A stretch of 64,000 bases of DNA from Octopus vulgaris (lineage: Eukaryota): assembly GCA_951406725.2 (NCBI GenBank), contig OX597832.1, forward strand, positions 33,976,001 to 34,040,000, in the 5' to 3' direction. Position 1 is the stretch's first letter. Every line of letters starts with the position of its first letter. This document shows, piece after piece, positions 24,905 to 38,475 of the stretch. Both the position numbers and the translations under genes were made by a program. The notes under the pieces were generated by a model, which saw only the letters and a list, made by a program, of their open reading frames with translations, was not told the DNA's origin and did not search any database.

Positions 24905-26690
24905 TTCTTGTCTCTATACGTGTAATGTGTCAGTTAAGGGAATCTTTTGTTCTTCTTGCATGGATGTTAAGTCGGGGATCTTTCTCAAATAATTTTCAGT
25001 TCCTTTTTTGATCATTTCATCTGCTCCTGCAACCACTGGTATTGTAACCGTGTTGCAGTGCCACAGTTTTTCGATTTCAATCAGAGAATCCTTATATTTT
25101 CTGACCTTATCAAATTCTTTTGCCAAAATATTATTGTCACAAGGAATATTCATGTCGATCAATAAATAGACATTATTGTTTTAGTTTTTCACAACAATAT
25201 CCAGTTTATTAGCTTTGATTTTCTGGTCTATATGTACTGGAAAGTTCTAAAGAATTGTTACATTTTCTCCCTCAGTGCGGTGCTTATACCATTTGTCAGC
25301 AGTTTTGATTTTATAATGCCGACATATTAACTAGTGTAGATATTCGCCAACTCTGTCATGTCTTGATTTATACTCTATAGGTGCTAAAACTTTACACCCA
25401 GAGATTAGACGGTTCGCTGTTTCAATCTCATCTTTGCAATATCGCCATTTTGGGTTTACTCCATTTGTCATCACATTGGCCTTGTATTTCCGGATCAATA
25501 AGATCTTGAGCAGCTAAGATGAAGCCTTCATTCCCTATCTTTAGGTAGGTGTGCTACTGGTCTACATCACCTTTGCTATGGTCCACGTATTTGCAATACA
25601 AAGATTTTTGTTATCGCCTATCAGTCAATTATTCATGTCTTTTTCTTTGCCATTGATTTCGCCTTCTTCGCAAATACAGTTACGGCATCCCCAACTTACT
25701 GGTCAACCTGGGCGTTATGCATGAACTCATTAGAACAATTTTTGCTCTCCTTCATTACCGAATGAAGTTTCTTACGTTTCTCGACATTTTCAGTGAGTTT
25801 TAGCATCCAGTCGTTAGATGTTTCAAGACATTTGGCCAGTCCAGTTGTAGTGGTTTTGTAAGAGATTTCAAATTGGTTCAAGCCTCGACCTCCTTGAGCT
25901 CTGGGAAGGTAAAAACGTTATGCATCTGCCTGTGGGTGGTGCTAGTCAGTGTCGTGTGTATTTTCATACAAATTTCATTAATTTCGCTGATATTCAACAC
26001 ATTGAAGCTATAAATAACAACTGGTAAGGAATTTATGGTTAACACATTGTTTCGTGGTAGATGGACAGATTATGAGTCAATAGTTTGGAAATTTGGTCTC
26101 ACTATTCTTTGGAAGTTATACCACTTGCTTACCAATCAGCCGTTTCCTTAGGATGTCTCGATTTCATTTAATTGGTGAACTAATATTTATCTTTACCAGG
26201 GGATTTTCACCTACAAGCCTTCGCAAGTGCCTTTCTTAGGTCTGCTATTGTGATGTCTTCCGACGCTTGTTTTGGTAAATTTTAGTAGGATTTTTCTGTA
26301 CGTCTAACCCAATCTGCGTTTTCATTTCATCACTGCAGATATCTTCCCCTTCCTCATTCCTTATTATTTCTCTAAAATGTTCTCGCTTTGGATGTGAACA
26401 AGCATATTTTTCTCGTAAAAGTTGTTTTTCTTCTCAAATCTTCATATTTTTAGAGCTTTTGCATGGATTTTTTGTTGCACATTTATTTGAAAGCTATTCT
26501 TCTCTTGCTGAAAATTTATATTTTCTCTTCATCTTTCCTCCTTTTCTGGATCTTATATCGATTCCGCAGATTAGTTCATTTAACATTCATATTTCACCTC
26601 TGATTAATTCAGTCGTTTTTTTAATTTTAATTCCCTTGTTTGGGATCCTTCCCAGATTTGTATTTCTCTGTGTTTTGTTTTTTCAGAGGC
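24905..26690 (-). mobile_element. Degenerate Dong/R4-like non-LTR retrotransposon (restriction-like endonuclease type), RT core deleted
   Basis: Minus-strand remnants: EDITIADLRKALAKA.KSPGKD (RT start); YLPRAQGGRGL; CKDEIET..LISGC..LAP.EYKSRHD (CCHC knuckle); IDMNIPCD..KEFDK..KYKD..IEIEKLW..TIPVV.GA (endonuclease). Many stops and frameshifts. Confidence 0.9.
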
Positions 26691-27185
26691 AGTGAACTAA
26701 GGTAACACTTGTTATTTTTCGAGCGGTTCCAAGCTGTGCTTTTTACTGCAAGTGCTCTACCCTTATCGCAGCCCCTATTTGTTCCACGTATTTCTCAAGA
26801 TTTTTACTCATTGGTCCAAGAGCTCCGACATTTATTGCTACAACAACCACATTTTTCAGCGAGCGCAACTGTTTCACGTCCCAAGATACTCTGTTATACT
26901 TATCGACTTTTCTTTCTTCTTTATCGCATACCTTGTCAGCTGGGCATGCTATATCTATGATCTAGCATCGTTTGCTTTCTTTCTCAATTAGCACATTAGC
27001 ACTATGCCTGGCTTCCTATTCTCTATCTCATGGCCACACTGAATCACAAAATCTCATAGGATCTTCGCATTATCATTTTCTATGATGCCTTCTAGTTTAT
27101 GTCAAGTCCTTAGTTGTTGCAAAGTGTTCAAGGGACAATCCTTGCTATATTGTTATGAAGTCTCTTATAAACTTTCTGGGCCAGA
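26690..27185 (-). mobile_element. Second Dong/R4-like LINE 3' fragment (different family)
   Basis: QKVYKRLHNNIARIV...ENDNAKIL*DFVIQC.HEIENRKP...IIDIACPAD..KEERKVDKY...VGALG...LQ.KAQLGTAR. Confidence 0.85.
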
Positions 27186-27280
27186 AAGAAAGCAAACGAT
27201 GCTGGATCATAGATATAGTATGCCCAGCTGACAGCATGGTATGCGATATAGAAGAAAGAAAAGTCGATAGATATGAGAGA
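27183..27280 (+). repeat. Inverted duplication of 26889-26984 at the LINE 5' junction
   Basis: agaaagaaagcaaacgatgct.gatcatagatatag.atgcccagctgaca..ggtatgcgata.agaagaaagaaaagtcgata occurs on both strands. Confidence 0.9.
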
Positions 27281-27479
27281 ATTAACCTCACACCACCACC
27301 AGACATGCTGGAAAATGTGCGACGTTGTATGGTAACACACTGTACAAAATGGAGTGAAGTCACTCCGAGTGGAGCGAGCTACCGACTCCCAAATCAATAT
27401 GATTTGGGCTGCGCATGAAAACGCAAAACCTGTAATGCCCGGGGCAGGTTGATTTGGGACGGTGGCCTTATTTTTGAAG

Positions 27480-27800
27480 CGACAGGAATCGAGATGTCAC
27501 TCCCCCACTGAGGAGTGAAAAGCTCCCTCTACTGCCAGCATATTGTGGCCAAAGATTGATAAAAATAAAAGCAATCCAGGTACCGCTCCCAGTAGCTAAC
27601 TCCTGTCTAGAGGTAGTTGTTCTCATAGACGTTGAGAACGGCACAGAAATCCTCGAAATAAGGAAAATAAAAAAAAAGCTGAAAGCTGTTGAGGGTCTGA
27701 GAGGAGATTTTTTTATCCAAACAAGGTAACATTGAATCCATACCAAACAATGAACTATCCGTGACCGTAGAGAGCAGAAGGCGAAAGTGCCATATAAGTG
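27480..27800 (+). mobile_element. Possible LINE ORF1 remnant
   Basis: PLRSEKLPLLPAYCGQRLIKIKAIQVP...VVVL shows weak pattern similarity to the minus-strand peptide near 31050-31200. Confidence 0.3.
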
Positions 27801-28269
27801 ACCCAAAAACGCACCTGGATGCTTTCTGAAAGAATAAAGTTAAAAAACAAAATTACCTGGAAAATATGTCAACAGAAAGACCACATCAAGATTGACACCG
27901 TCAACTAAGACCCAAAATTACCCCAAATGGGTTCAATCTAGTTTCCAAAACTTTCATTTCAATAGCACCATTCAAATTCTACCTTCTTTATACACAATAT
28001 GTGCTGTATTTAATCACGAGCTCCAAAACAATCCCAATGCTCTGATCATATACCGCAGGGGTTTTAAAACCTTTTAGCATTAATATAACCCTCTAAATTG
28101 AGACAAAATTTTGAGGGTTTCCATTCGTGGAAGTTAAATGATATTCAAGCAAAAATAAATTGCAGCCAATGTGCAATTAAGCATTAAAATAAGATTGTTT
28201 GAGCATAATTTAGTTGCATTTTTATCTTATCTGTTTGAAGAACTCGCGTTGAAAACAGAGATATTAAAA

Positions 28270-30060
28270 ATGAATGCTTTAGATGAACCTGCTTCCGATC
28301 GCAGAGAGCCTTGATATTCGGAATTATGGAAGTTACATGTTAACTTAATCCAACTTATTTATGCAGTCTATCTCTAAATTTTTTATTAAGTGAAGTGAAA
28401 AACTTCTGTCACATCAATACCTAACTGAAAATCGCATTAACACTTTTAAAGCTTTGCTTTTAGAGTAGATTACTCCATTAATAATGTAATCCAGAATCTT
28501 GACAGTTTCACTTGTTGGAATTTTGATTTCAAGCAAAACTCGTTGATATCTCTATTTTCTAATTCTTTTCTTTTCGTGGAAGTTTGCGGAAGTTTAACGA
28601 GTCTATAAATGGGTTTTCAACCCAAACTTAGTTTTCAATTTCATTCGGAAACTACGGCGTTTATTGGTTTGCTTATATCACACAGATACGATGTTATCGA
28701 TCTATACTACTTATCACACATATATGGTGTTATTGATTTAACCATATCACATAAATGTTACAAAATTGAATACTTTATAGCTAAACCCAGGAGAATTTGA
28801 TTGGATAGTAAAAAAAACACAAATAAATGTTTCACAGCGCTCCACATCATTCTTGGCTAAATGGTTATCCAAGAGTTTTAGTTAATATTTTACTGCATAA
28901 ATGTTAATTTAATCTTTAAATCAATTTGTATTGGTACCATGTACTGGAAGATTAACCTTATTGAATTAGAAGAATATGTGAGAAAGATATTTGGACTTCA
29001 CGCAGCTTGATGGTAGTTTGTGTTGCATTCACGACTGGAAAATCGTGATTTCTATTCTCCGACCGGGCGGTGTGTTGTGTTTTTGAGGAAAACATTTCCT
29101 TTAACCTTGCCTCAGTCCACTTGGCTGTAAATGGGTAACCTCACGACGGACGGGTGACCCGTTCAGGAAGTGGGTGGGGGGTTTCAGTCGCTTATGCACC
29201 ATGCTAATCAACCCTATGAGTTCTATGACTCGAGACCCTACATTTATAAAATAGATATAGCAATTATTTTCACCGAAAACTTTGTTTTTAGTTTGCTTGA
29301 AAGTTAAAAATCATGTTCAGATAAAAATAATTCAATTTCTTCCTGAAATTCAGAAAACCACGCTCCTGATGCTTCCGTTCGACAACAGCATTTCACAAGT
29401 AATGAAGTTGTCTGCAATCTCAGACATCACATAATAAACTCAAGTTTCTTGCGTTTGGTGATCTTGATTTAATAAAATGCAGCAGCGATACAGCATCGTT
29501 TACTATTAATTTCATATCTTCGGGCATGTTTCACTGCAAGTGTTTGACGATGAAGACAACAGCAGAAACTTTCAACGCTAATTCTTCATTTTCTATATTC
29601 TTTGTTTCTTGTAGAATAGTATCCTGTTACTTTCGCCCCCATCATAGCCACAGCTTCGTCACTGCAAATACTTGAAGAAAGTTTTCACGAAATTTCAGGG
29701 GTTTTTTTTTATTTTTATAAATGAATTATAAATTGCTTCACCGAGAGCATAATTTTCTCAAGGCAGACGGACAAACTATTCAGTCTTCTTTAATGCCATT
29801 TTCATGGACATAACTTACAGCGAGCAAAACTGCTAAACCAGTACCGTCTTTTGACCTGTCCATTGAAAGATATTATTGTGGGCACACTTTAAACTTATTA
29901 ATTTTCTTTCAATTTCAACAAAATATTTCTCATTTAACAAATTTATTTGAAAACTGTCATTTGAAAGTAGGACGCTATAATATCTTTCAGGTATTTCTTT
30001 ATCTAAAATGCATTGAACCAAATTATTTGAAAAAACACAAGCATCATCATAGCAACACAT
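28270..30060 (-). pseudogene. Fossil hAT (Buster/Charlie; ZBED5/SCAND3-like) transposase
   Basis: Collinear minus-strand motifs: VLLSND; MDRSKD.TGLAVLL (LDESTD); CSDEAVAMMG (CTDGA); CLHRQTLA (CxxH); HFIKSR; WVENPF; SRFW; CDRSFS (CExxFS); PNIKALCDRKQVH. Many stops; interrupted by a SINE. Confidence 0.85.
28995..29240 (+). mobile_element. SINE family C (degenerate), inserted in the hAT fossil
   Basis: gaccgggcgg..gttgtgtttttgag.aaaaca..cagtccact.ggctgtaaatgggta.cc..cgacggac. Confidence 0.75.
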
Positions 30061-30249
30061 ACAAATCCGAAAAACAATTCGATAAACTTAAACTAACTAA
30101 AACCAAAATATCCTTACAGGAGATTTCCATCAAGAGTGGAGCTTTATTAAACTTTCTGCAAAGATATGTGATTGACCTCCATCTGGTAGTCGATAATCAA
30201 AGCTATATAAAGACAGTACAGCATTTTGGGGGGTTTCCTTCTCGATGAT

Positions 30250-31290
30250 GGCCACTACATATGTGTCTCGTGATCTGAGGTCATTGACCTACTGACTTGC
30301 TTCCAAGACAATGCAGAGTTACATTTATTCACACTTCCTAATCTGAGTAAGGTCATGTTAGATGACAAAAAGAAAGTGAGTGGGGTCGTTTGCCTTACTT
30401 TCGTGGAAGCACATGCAATCTGCCCTTCCGGTTTGTCGAAGGTGTTTCCACGAATAGATTTTTGCAAATCCTTTAATATTTGTCCAAGCGAAATCTCTGA
30501 GATATTTTATTTCTTTGTTTGTTGTAAGATTTTTGTTTTTCGGATTCGAGTGTTTTGGTCGTTGGTTTGATTTTTGTGCTGATTTTTGTGTTGGTGCATT
30601 AATCCTTTGTTAATTCTGCCACTGGCCAAACATGTTATGTTTCTTTGGGTGTGTTGAGGGTGTGGTCATTATAGAGATGGTGATGGAGGGAAGATGGTGC
30701 ATGAGTTGGTATGGACGATTTATTCTGCAGTAGTTGTCTCCCTTCAATTCTCACAACTTCTTTTCTGTAAGTTTCTCTTGTCGTTTCCCTCTTTCTCTAC
30801 CTTCCTATCCGGACAGCTTTCTATTTTTCATCTTTGCAGCTCCCATTGAAAGACCTAATTGAGCTATGCGAAGAAGAGGGAAAGCCTTATAGTGTTATGC
30901 TGGTGTTTTGGGGTTAAGGTTTGTCCCTGCATAAGTAATACCCTAGGTTTCTACCCTTAGCTGCCAAAAGCTGTTGCAAACCACCTACTAAACTGATGAG
31001 TTTTGGAATAGATTCCATACTCTCTTGATCTGCTCCAAACTGGTTTGGTCTATTTGTAGACTTGGATAAAACAGCTGCCACTGGCCAACAGATTTCTATT
31101 TCTGATGACACATCGACCACCTGTATTTTTTACCACTATCCAGCTGAGGTGGATCGGTTTGAGGACCAGTTTGTCACACTTTAGGCTGTCTAGAAGGCTT
31201 CTTGGTTACTTCCAAGATTTAGAATCTCGTCCTTACTATGACGAACCGCTTCTCTGTCGAGCGGCGTATATTTTGACCAGATGGGTTTAA
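30250..31290 (-). mobile_element. Possible L1/Tx1-like LINE remnant (ORF1 followed by the start of an APE endonuclease)
   Basis: Minus strand: ...KIQVVDVSSEIEICWPVAAVL...GRNLGYYLC, then WTNIKGF...LRQTGRADCMCFHESK, which resembles the APE N-terminal WNxxG..D..LQE motifs. Confidence 0.4.
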
Positions 31291-32404
31291 GACATTTTTC
31301 ACCACTTTGAGGTTCGATAAAATAAATACCAGTCAAATACTAGGTTCCATGTTATTTATTTGCATCGCTCATCTAATTACTGGCCTTGCATCGAAATTAG
31401 AAGCATTTACTACTCTTCTTAATATCATTATTAGTAGTCTTTAATATTAATATAGTTCTTGTTAGTTTTGCTGTTTTCCTTATTACTTTCATTATTAATG
31501 ATGTTGTTGTTGTTGCTATTAGTAGTAGTATTTCAATTAACTGTGTATCTTTCATACTATTTCCCTTCATCGTGAAGTGAATTTAAAGTTCAGTGAAGCT
31601 TGAAAAATTGTACATGTTCGATTCGCTTAACGACCGGTTGAACATCATAGCTAACTGGATGTATTTGCTCAATACAAGTACTTAATTCCAGCCAATAGAC
31701 GTAACCTTATGAGACATGGCCATTTCACTTCTGTCCTGCCGTACATCAATAGCGGAAAGAATCGGTAACGGTCAGCAAATAACGAACGAGAATAATAATA
31801 AAACGACCGACGTTTCCAGAATGGAGACTTTAACAAACAAATATATGAAAGACCAAAAATAAAATTAAAAGAGCAGAAATATTAAGAAGAAACACTAAAG
31901 AAGCGAATTTTTATGTAGGTTTGTATTTGTTTGTTTGTGCATGAATTGTGAATAATCTGAAAATGTAATTTCGGTTTGTGTAAATGTTGATGGTGAAATG
32001 CATTCTGTAGGAAAGATCCAAATGTCGAAATATGAAATCTTTAAGTGGAGAATATTTTATAAATAGATATAAAAACCAAATAATCGGAATTTCTTTAAAT
32101 ATATTTACTTGGGTTTATATTTCTACACAACACTTAATGTCACTGTTTTGATGGAACAGTTATGTTCAAATATATATGCAATTAAATATGGGTAGTTCAA
32201 TTTGTGAGTTTCGTTCTTAACGTTGCTGTTGCCATTTATTGATTCCAAAACGGATGGAGAAATAAAACGATGACACATAATTACACACATATACGCACGT
32301 ACGCGCGTATATGTATGTACATATGCATACATATATATATATACACCCACACATATATGCTTACATATCCATGTATATATATATATGTGTGTGTGTGTGT
32401 ACAT

Positions 32405-32532
32405 TTTTATCATCGCTGCAAAACTTCTCAAAAGTGTAACTCAGAGTTTCACGTTTCCGTTCACCGGCGAACTGTAATAATGAGTCTTGATCATAAATGT
32501 CCGATGAATGGAAACATGAAATTTGAACATTT
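32405..32532. mobile_element. Twin divergent-hammerhead fold-back element, copy 1
   Basis: Minus arm (32434-32470): CCGGTGA-ACG-GAAA-CGT-GAAA-CTCTGAG-TT. Plus arm (32495-32532): AAATGT-CCGATGA-ATG-GAAA-CAT-GAAA-TTTGA-ACATTT. Confidence 0.75.
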
Positions 32533-32664
32533 CGCTTAACGTCTATGATCCATGCTGGCATGAGCTGGAGAGTTATAAATGTAGAAAGTTGGCATTTCCG
32601 CTACAAGTAGTTGAGAACTCCGTGATCTAGAGAGCGTTTTTAAATTTCGTTATTCTCTTTAACC

Positions 32665-33030
32665 GGGGCAATGTCTGGTATCTCTACTGGAGTGCATGCG
32701 GGAGAGATAGGTAATAATTTACATATGGAAAATATTGGGAGGACTGGTACCAAACTTTGGTATCAAGTACTATACGAATACCCGCACAGGTCACCACTGG
32801 GTATCTGTCGCTGCATCTCACATAAGAACAAGGTATTGCAACAACTTCGGTTTCAAAGGACCTCAGCTCTTTAATGCCCTGCCAAAAGAATTGAGAGGCC
32901 TGCAAGACATGGATATAGAGGTCTTCAAAACAAACCTCGACACTTTCTACCCACGATACCAGACTAACCGATGACTCGAAATGAGACACAGTTGAGGGCA
33001 GTGTTGTCAAATTCTCTTAAACACCAGATG
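32665..33030 (+). mobile_element. CR1/L2-like LINE 3' end
   Basis: GLVPNFGIKYYTNTRTG...RTRYCNNFGFKGPQLFNALPKELRGL..IEVFKTNLDTF shows the typical N.LP...FK..LD C-terminus. Confidence 0.75.
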
Positions 33031-33246
33031 TGCTATCGAAAGTCTTGATTGGACTACATTAGTTGGCGGAGAAGAGCCATGCAAGAAATGTGCAGAGAGC
33101 ACAGCAAAAGGAGGGAAAGTCATGGTGGTGCTCCAGCATGACCGCAGCCACTTGGCTGAAACGAATAGAAGAAAAAATATATGTATGTATATATGTATGT
33201 ATGTATATGTGTGTATGTATATGTATGTGTGTATGTATGCATATGT

Positions 33247-33305
<59 letters not shown>

Positions 33306-33979
33306 CTGAGTAGGGGCAGGTTAGATTGTTATAAGCATGTTTTGCGTAACGCAACCAGAAAACCACTGTTCTGCATGCTTTTAACACCTATCTTTCTAGA
33401 AGTTATGATAACTGTTACGTAATATAATCCTCCTGAAGTGGCATAAAATTGGTACGTTTCTTTGTTTTCCAAATAAACAAAATATTAGTCAAAACCTACC
33501 TGTTGAATGTAGAATGTTGTTATTGCGTTGCTGTTAGATGTGTGTGTATGTGTGTGTGTGTGTGTGTACGTATTCATATAAGTCTGTATTTGGGTGTGCA
33601 CACGAGAATTCTTAGAACTCAGTCCATATAGTAAATTTTATTTATCCCTTCCAAGCCACATTCATAATAAATGCATCAGATATAAATACACCATCTTTGG
33701 TATAAGATTTATCCTCTCCTCATTACACAAACTATAATTTTAAGAATCGTGTGAATCTTGATGCTTGATAGGGTTTCCACAAAGATTAAGGCGAAATATC
33801 TTCTGCAGGTTGTCAAGATAAAGGAAACACAATTTACACGAACAGCACTACTTTAAGCGGTCCATTAGCTTTATTAATGGAGAAATTGAGGAAGCGATTT
33901 ATTGTCGATAGGTCTTTTTTCTTTTGTCTTTTGCATATTTCAATCATTTGATTGCGGCCATGCTGGTACGCGGCCCCAT

Positions 33980-34007
33980 CACATACATACATACATACAT
34001 ACATACA

Positions 34008-34082
<75 letters not shown>

Positions 34083-35871
34083 ATCTATGTATATATATGT
34101 ATGTATGTATATCTATGTATATATATGTATGTATGTATATCTATGTATATATATGTATGTATGTATATCTATGTATATATATGTATGTATGTATATCTAT
34201 GTATATATATGTATGTATGTATATCTATGTATATATATGTATGTATGTATATATATGTATATGTATATATATGTATGTATATGTATATATATGTATGTAT
34301 ATGTATATATACGTATGTATATATATATATATGTATATGTATGTGTATATATATATATATGTATATGTATGTATATATATATATATATATGTATATGTAT
34401 AATAATAAATATTAGGGAATAAATCCAAATTTACAGGGAAAAAATCAGATTTAAGATTAAATCCAATTTTATAGTAAAATATTATAAAATATTATTAGAG
34501 ACAAAACCACTATTTTGCAAAACAATATGTATATGTATATATATGTATGTATGTATATATATATATGTATATGTATATATATGTATGTATGTATATATAT
34601 ATATGTATATGTATATATATGTATGTATGTATATATATATATATGTATATGTATATATATGTATGTATGTATATATATATACATGTATGTGTGTATATAT
34701 ATGTATGTATATATATATATATATACATGTATGTGTGTATATATATGTATGTATGTATATATATATATATATACATGTATGTGTGTATATATATGTATGT
34801 ATGTATATATATATATATATATACATGTATGTGTGTATATATATGTATGTATGTATATATATATATATGTATATACATGTATGTGTGTATATATATGTAT
34901 GTATGTATATATATATATATGTATATATATGTATGTATGTATATATATATATGTATATATATGTATGTATGTATATATATATATATATATGTATATGTGT
35001 GTATATATATATATATGTATATATATGTATGTATGTATGTATGTTTGTATATATATATATATGTATATATATGTATGTATGTATATATGTATATATATGT
35101 ATGTATGTATATATGTATATATATGTATGTATGTATATATGTATATATATGTATGTATGTATGTGTGTATATATATATGTGTATATATATATATGTATAT
35201 ATATGTATATATATATGTATTTATGTATATATGTATATATATGTATGTATATATGTATGTATGTATATATGTATATATATGTATGTATATATGTATATAT
35301 ATATATGTATGTATGTATATATGTATATATATGTATGTATGTATATATGTATATATATGTATGTATGTATATATGTATATATATGTATGTATATATGTAT
35401 ATGTATGTATGTATATATGTATATATATGTATGTATGTATATATATATGTATGTATGTATATATATATGTATATATGTATATATATATGTATGTATGTAT
35501 ATATGTATATATATATGTATGTATGTATATATATATGTATGTATGTATATATATATATGTATGTATGTATGTATATATATATGTATGTATGTATATATAT
35601 ATGTATGTATGTATATATATATGTATGTATGTATATATGTATGTATGTATATATGTATGTATGTATATATATATGTATGTATGTATATATATGTATGTAT
35701 ATATGTATGTATGTATATAATTATGTATGTATGTATATATATGTATGTATGTATGTATATATATGTATGTATGTATGTATGTATATATATATATGTATAT
35801 GTATATATATATATGTATGTGTGTATATATATATATATGTATGTATGTATATATATATGTATGTATGTGTG

Positions 35872-35904
<33 letters not shown>

Positions 35905-36050
35905 GTATATATATGTATGTATGTATATATGAATATATATATATGTATATTTATATAAATGTATATATGAATATATATATATGTATATTTATATAAATGT
36001 ATGTATGTATATAAATTTATGTATGTATACGCACATACACACACACATAT
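33980..36050. repeat. ~2 kb (TATG)n/(TA)n compound microsatellite with a ~120 bp insert at 34402-34525
   Basis: Directly visible; source of the spurious 400-470 aa ORFs. Confidence 0.98.
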
Positions 36051-36438
36051 ATATATACATACCTGTGCTTACTTTCATACAAACATACAGCCAAACATAT
36101 GTAAAACGAGCTTATAAACACATACGGTGCAACATAGACAATTATCTATTTCCCGGAATTAGGAGAAGACTGATTATCATTTAAACTCTTTTCAAGTGTT
36201 TCATTTCAGTCTCTAAACAAAATATTAACATTTAGATACTTGAATCTCAGTCCCTTCTAGACATACATCAAATGTTTGTACATCTGTCCGTACAAAGTCT
36301 TGCGTCTCATCCGGGGCCTATAATTACTTCCTGTTTGTTGAATCAACGTTAGAAATGCTTTGAGCTAATTTCCAGATGCAGCGAATATTATCTATTTCTT
36401 GAGTGCACGCAAATACAAACAAACGCATCGGAAATTTG

Positions 36439-36472
<34 letters not shown>

Positions 36473-36559
36473 TGTATGTATGTATGTATGTATGTATGTA
36501 TGTATGTATGTCTCTTTCATGTTTTAGTTATAAATCTTCCACTGACGGGGGATCCTGTT

Positions 36560-36800
36560 TCCAGCAAAAATACAAGGCTCAGTCTTTTGGATGTAATTAA
36601 CACATGTTGAACTTTAGAAAAGACTCGCATATCTTCACTGTTCCACTCACAGATTGCACTTGTAATGTATGAATCAGCCGGTCGATTTCTCTTTCTGAAA
36701 ATCCCAGTTAATCCAGATTCTCCTTTAAGCATTTACCAAAAAAATCTAGTGCACCAATTCTTATTGGTATGAATATGAATTCATAGTCTGGATATAGAAC
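36560..36800 (-). mobile_element. Restriction-like-endonuclease-type non-LTR retrotransposon 3' end (second copy 44380-44485)
   Basis: LYPDYEFIFIPIRIGAL..CLKENLD*LGFS..LQVQSVSGTVKICESFLKF. Homologous DNA at 44380-44485 encodes VQSESGTVKVCETFPKF. Confidence 0.7.
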
Positions 36801-38100
36801 ACACCTTTGCCCTTCCGTCCCAGACAAAAATATCCGGCCTGTTATGCTTACATTTGGCAGATTATTTGATAGGAATATTCTACCAGTATTCCTTGGGTGT
36901 ATGCTTATGAATTTATACAATTAAAGGAGGGATTCTCTAAGTTTATTTCAGGACAGTCTTTTTTGCGAATGTCATTGTAAATTGTTTTAGCAATGTATGT
37001 ATGGTAGGTAGGTAGGTAAGCATGTAGATATGTAACGGGAAGCTTTATGAAAATAGACAAAAGACGAAGGCAGGTTTACGGATATGTTAGTATATGAATA
37101 TATGTATATGTGTGTGTGTAATATTATGTTATAGAAAGTATGGGATCTTTTCGGAGTGCTCATAGAGAGTCAATGCGAAAAAATACAGAGTAGAGGAAAT
37201 TGAAAACTCAAACCTTAGGCAGTCAAACAGATACCCGAACGCATAAATGAAGCTATTCAATCATTGTAATTGAATTCTATATACTTATACACCTCAACAT
37301 AAATCATGCATGTAGAGGCGTAAAGATTCTCCAAGGGTATAAAGAATAGAACCAAACATACATAAAAAATACAGAAGAAATATGAAAATATATAAAATCG
37401 CATAAAGATTAGATGGAAAGAGTTATACGTAATAAATATGGGGCAAAACGAATGAGAGGTTGATAAATGTAGGAATAAAAACTTCAACTTCAAAATGGCA
37501 AAATACCTAAATCGTCTAAAAATTCCTTATAAACTTGCACTTATTTATTTTTCTAAAATTTTCGATGCGTCCTGCAACCTTTACATTTTCCTTGACTCTG
37601 TCCGTTATCCGAGCTGCGTTCTTCTTGTATGTTTGTCCGCATGTGTGTGGGTCAATGTGCGTGCGCATACACATAGATATGTATGCATCTATGTGTGTGT
37701 GTGTGTGTGTGTGCTTAACTGTTCTAACTAGCTATGTACCTATTCATCTCTATGTCTATCTGTTTACATTCATATCCATTTACCTACATGCATATGAATA
37801 TGTACATACATACATACATACACACACACACTCACGTCTACCTAACATCCCACTGACTATTCTAACTGTACGTATATATATATATATAGTTAATCCAAAC
37901 AAGAAAGCACAAAAAGAACACAACAACGCGAGGACGTGGAACAAATATAGTATTATTGGACGCTCAGGAAAGAAGGAAAGATAGATAGATAGATTCTTTA
38001 ACCTATACTTTTATTCGCATGTTCGCAACCCTAGCGCTGCCTACCGTGAAATATTAATAACTTTTTTCAGTTTATCGTACTTCGATAAGGAAAATATCCC

Positions 38101-38131
<31 letters not shown>

Positions 38132-38302
38132 GGTGGGTGTGTATGTGTGGTATAATGGTGTGTTAAAATGGTTATAGACGAGGATGCAGATCGAGAATCT
38201 CATCGTGGATACAAATAACCGGATTCTTCTTTAACTACAACGATTCCCCGGTTCGATTCCAGAAGCATTCTGACAAATTTCAAATTCTCCTCCATACATC
38301 TC

Positions 38303-38368
<66 letters not shown>

Positions 38369-38439
38369 ACTCTGTTTGACTATCTCTATCTCTTCCTCTT
38401 TCTCACCTTCTGCTCTTACCTTTTCCTCCTGTTTGTATG

Positions 38440-38475
<36 letters not shown>

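Noticed and set aside
34515-35958. Long ORFs of 401-471 aa, and all similar YI/MYVC/HT-rich ORFs
   Set aside because: They are translations of TA/TATG/CA microsatellites that lack stop codons by composition.
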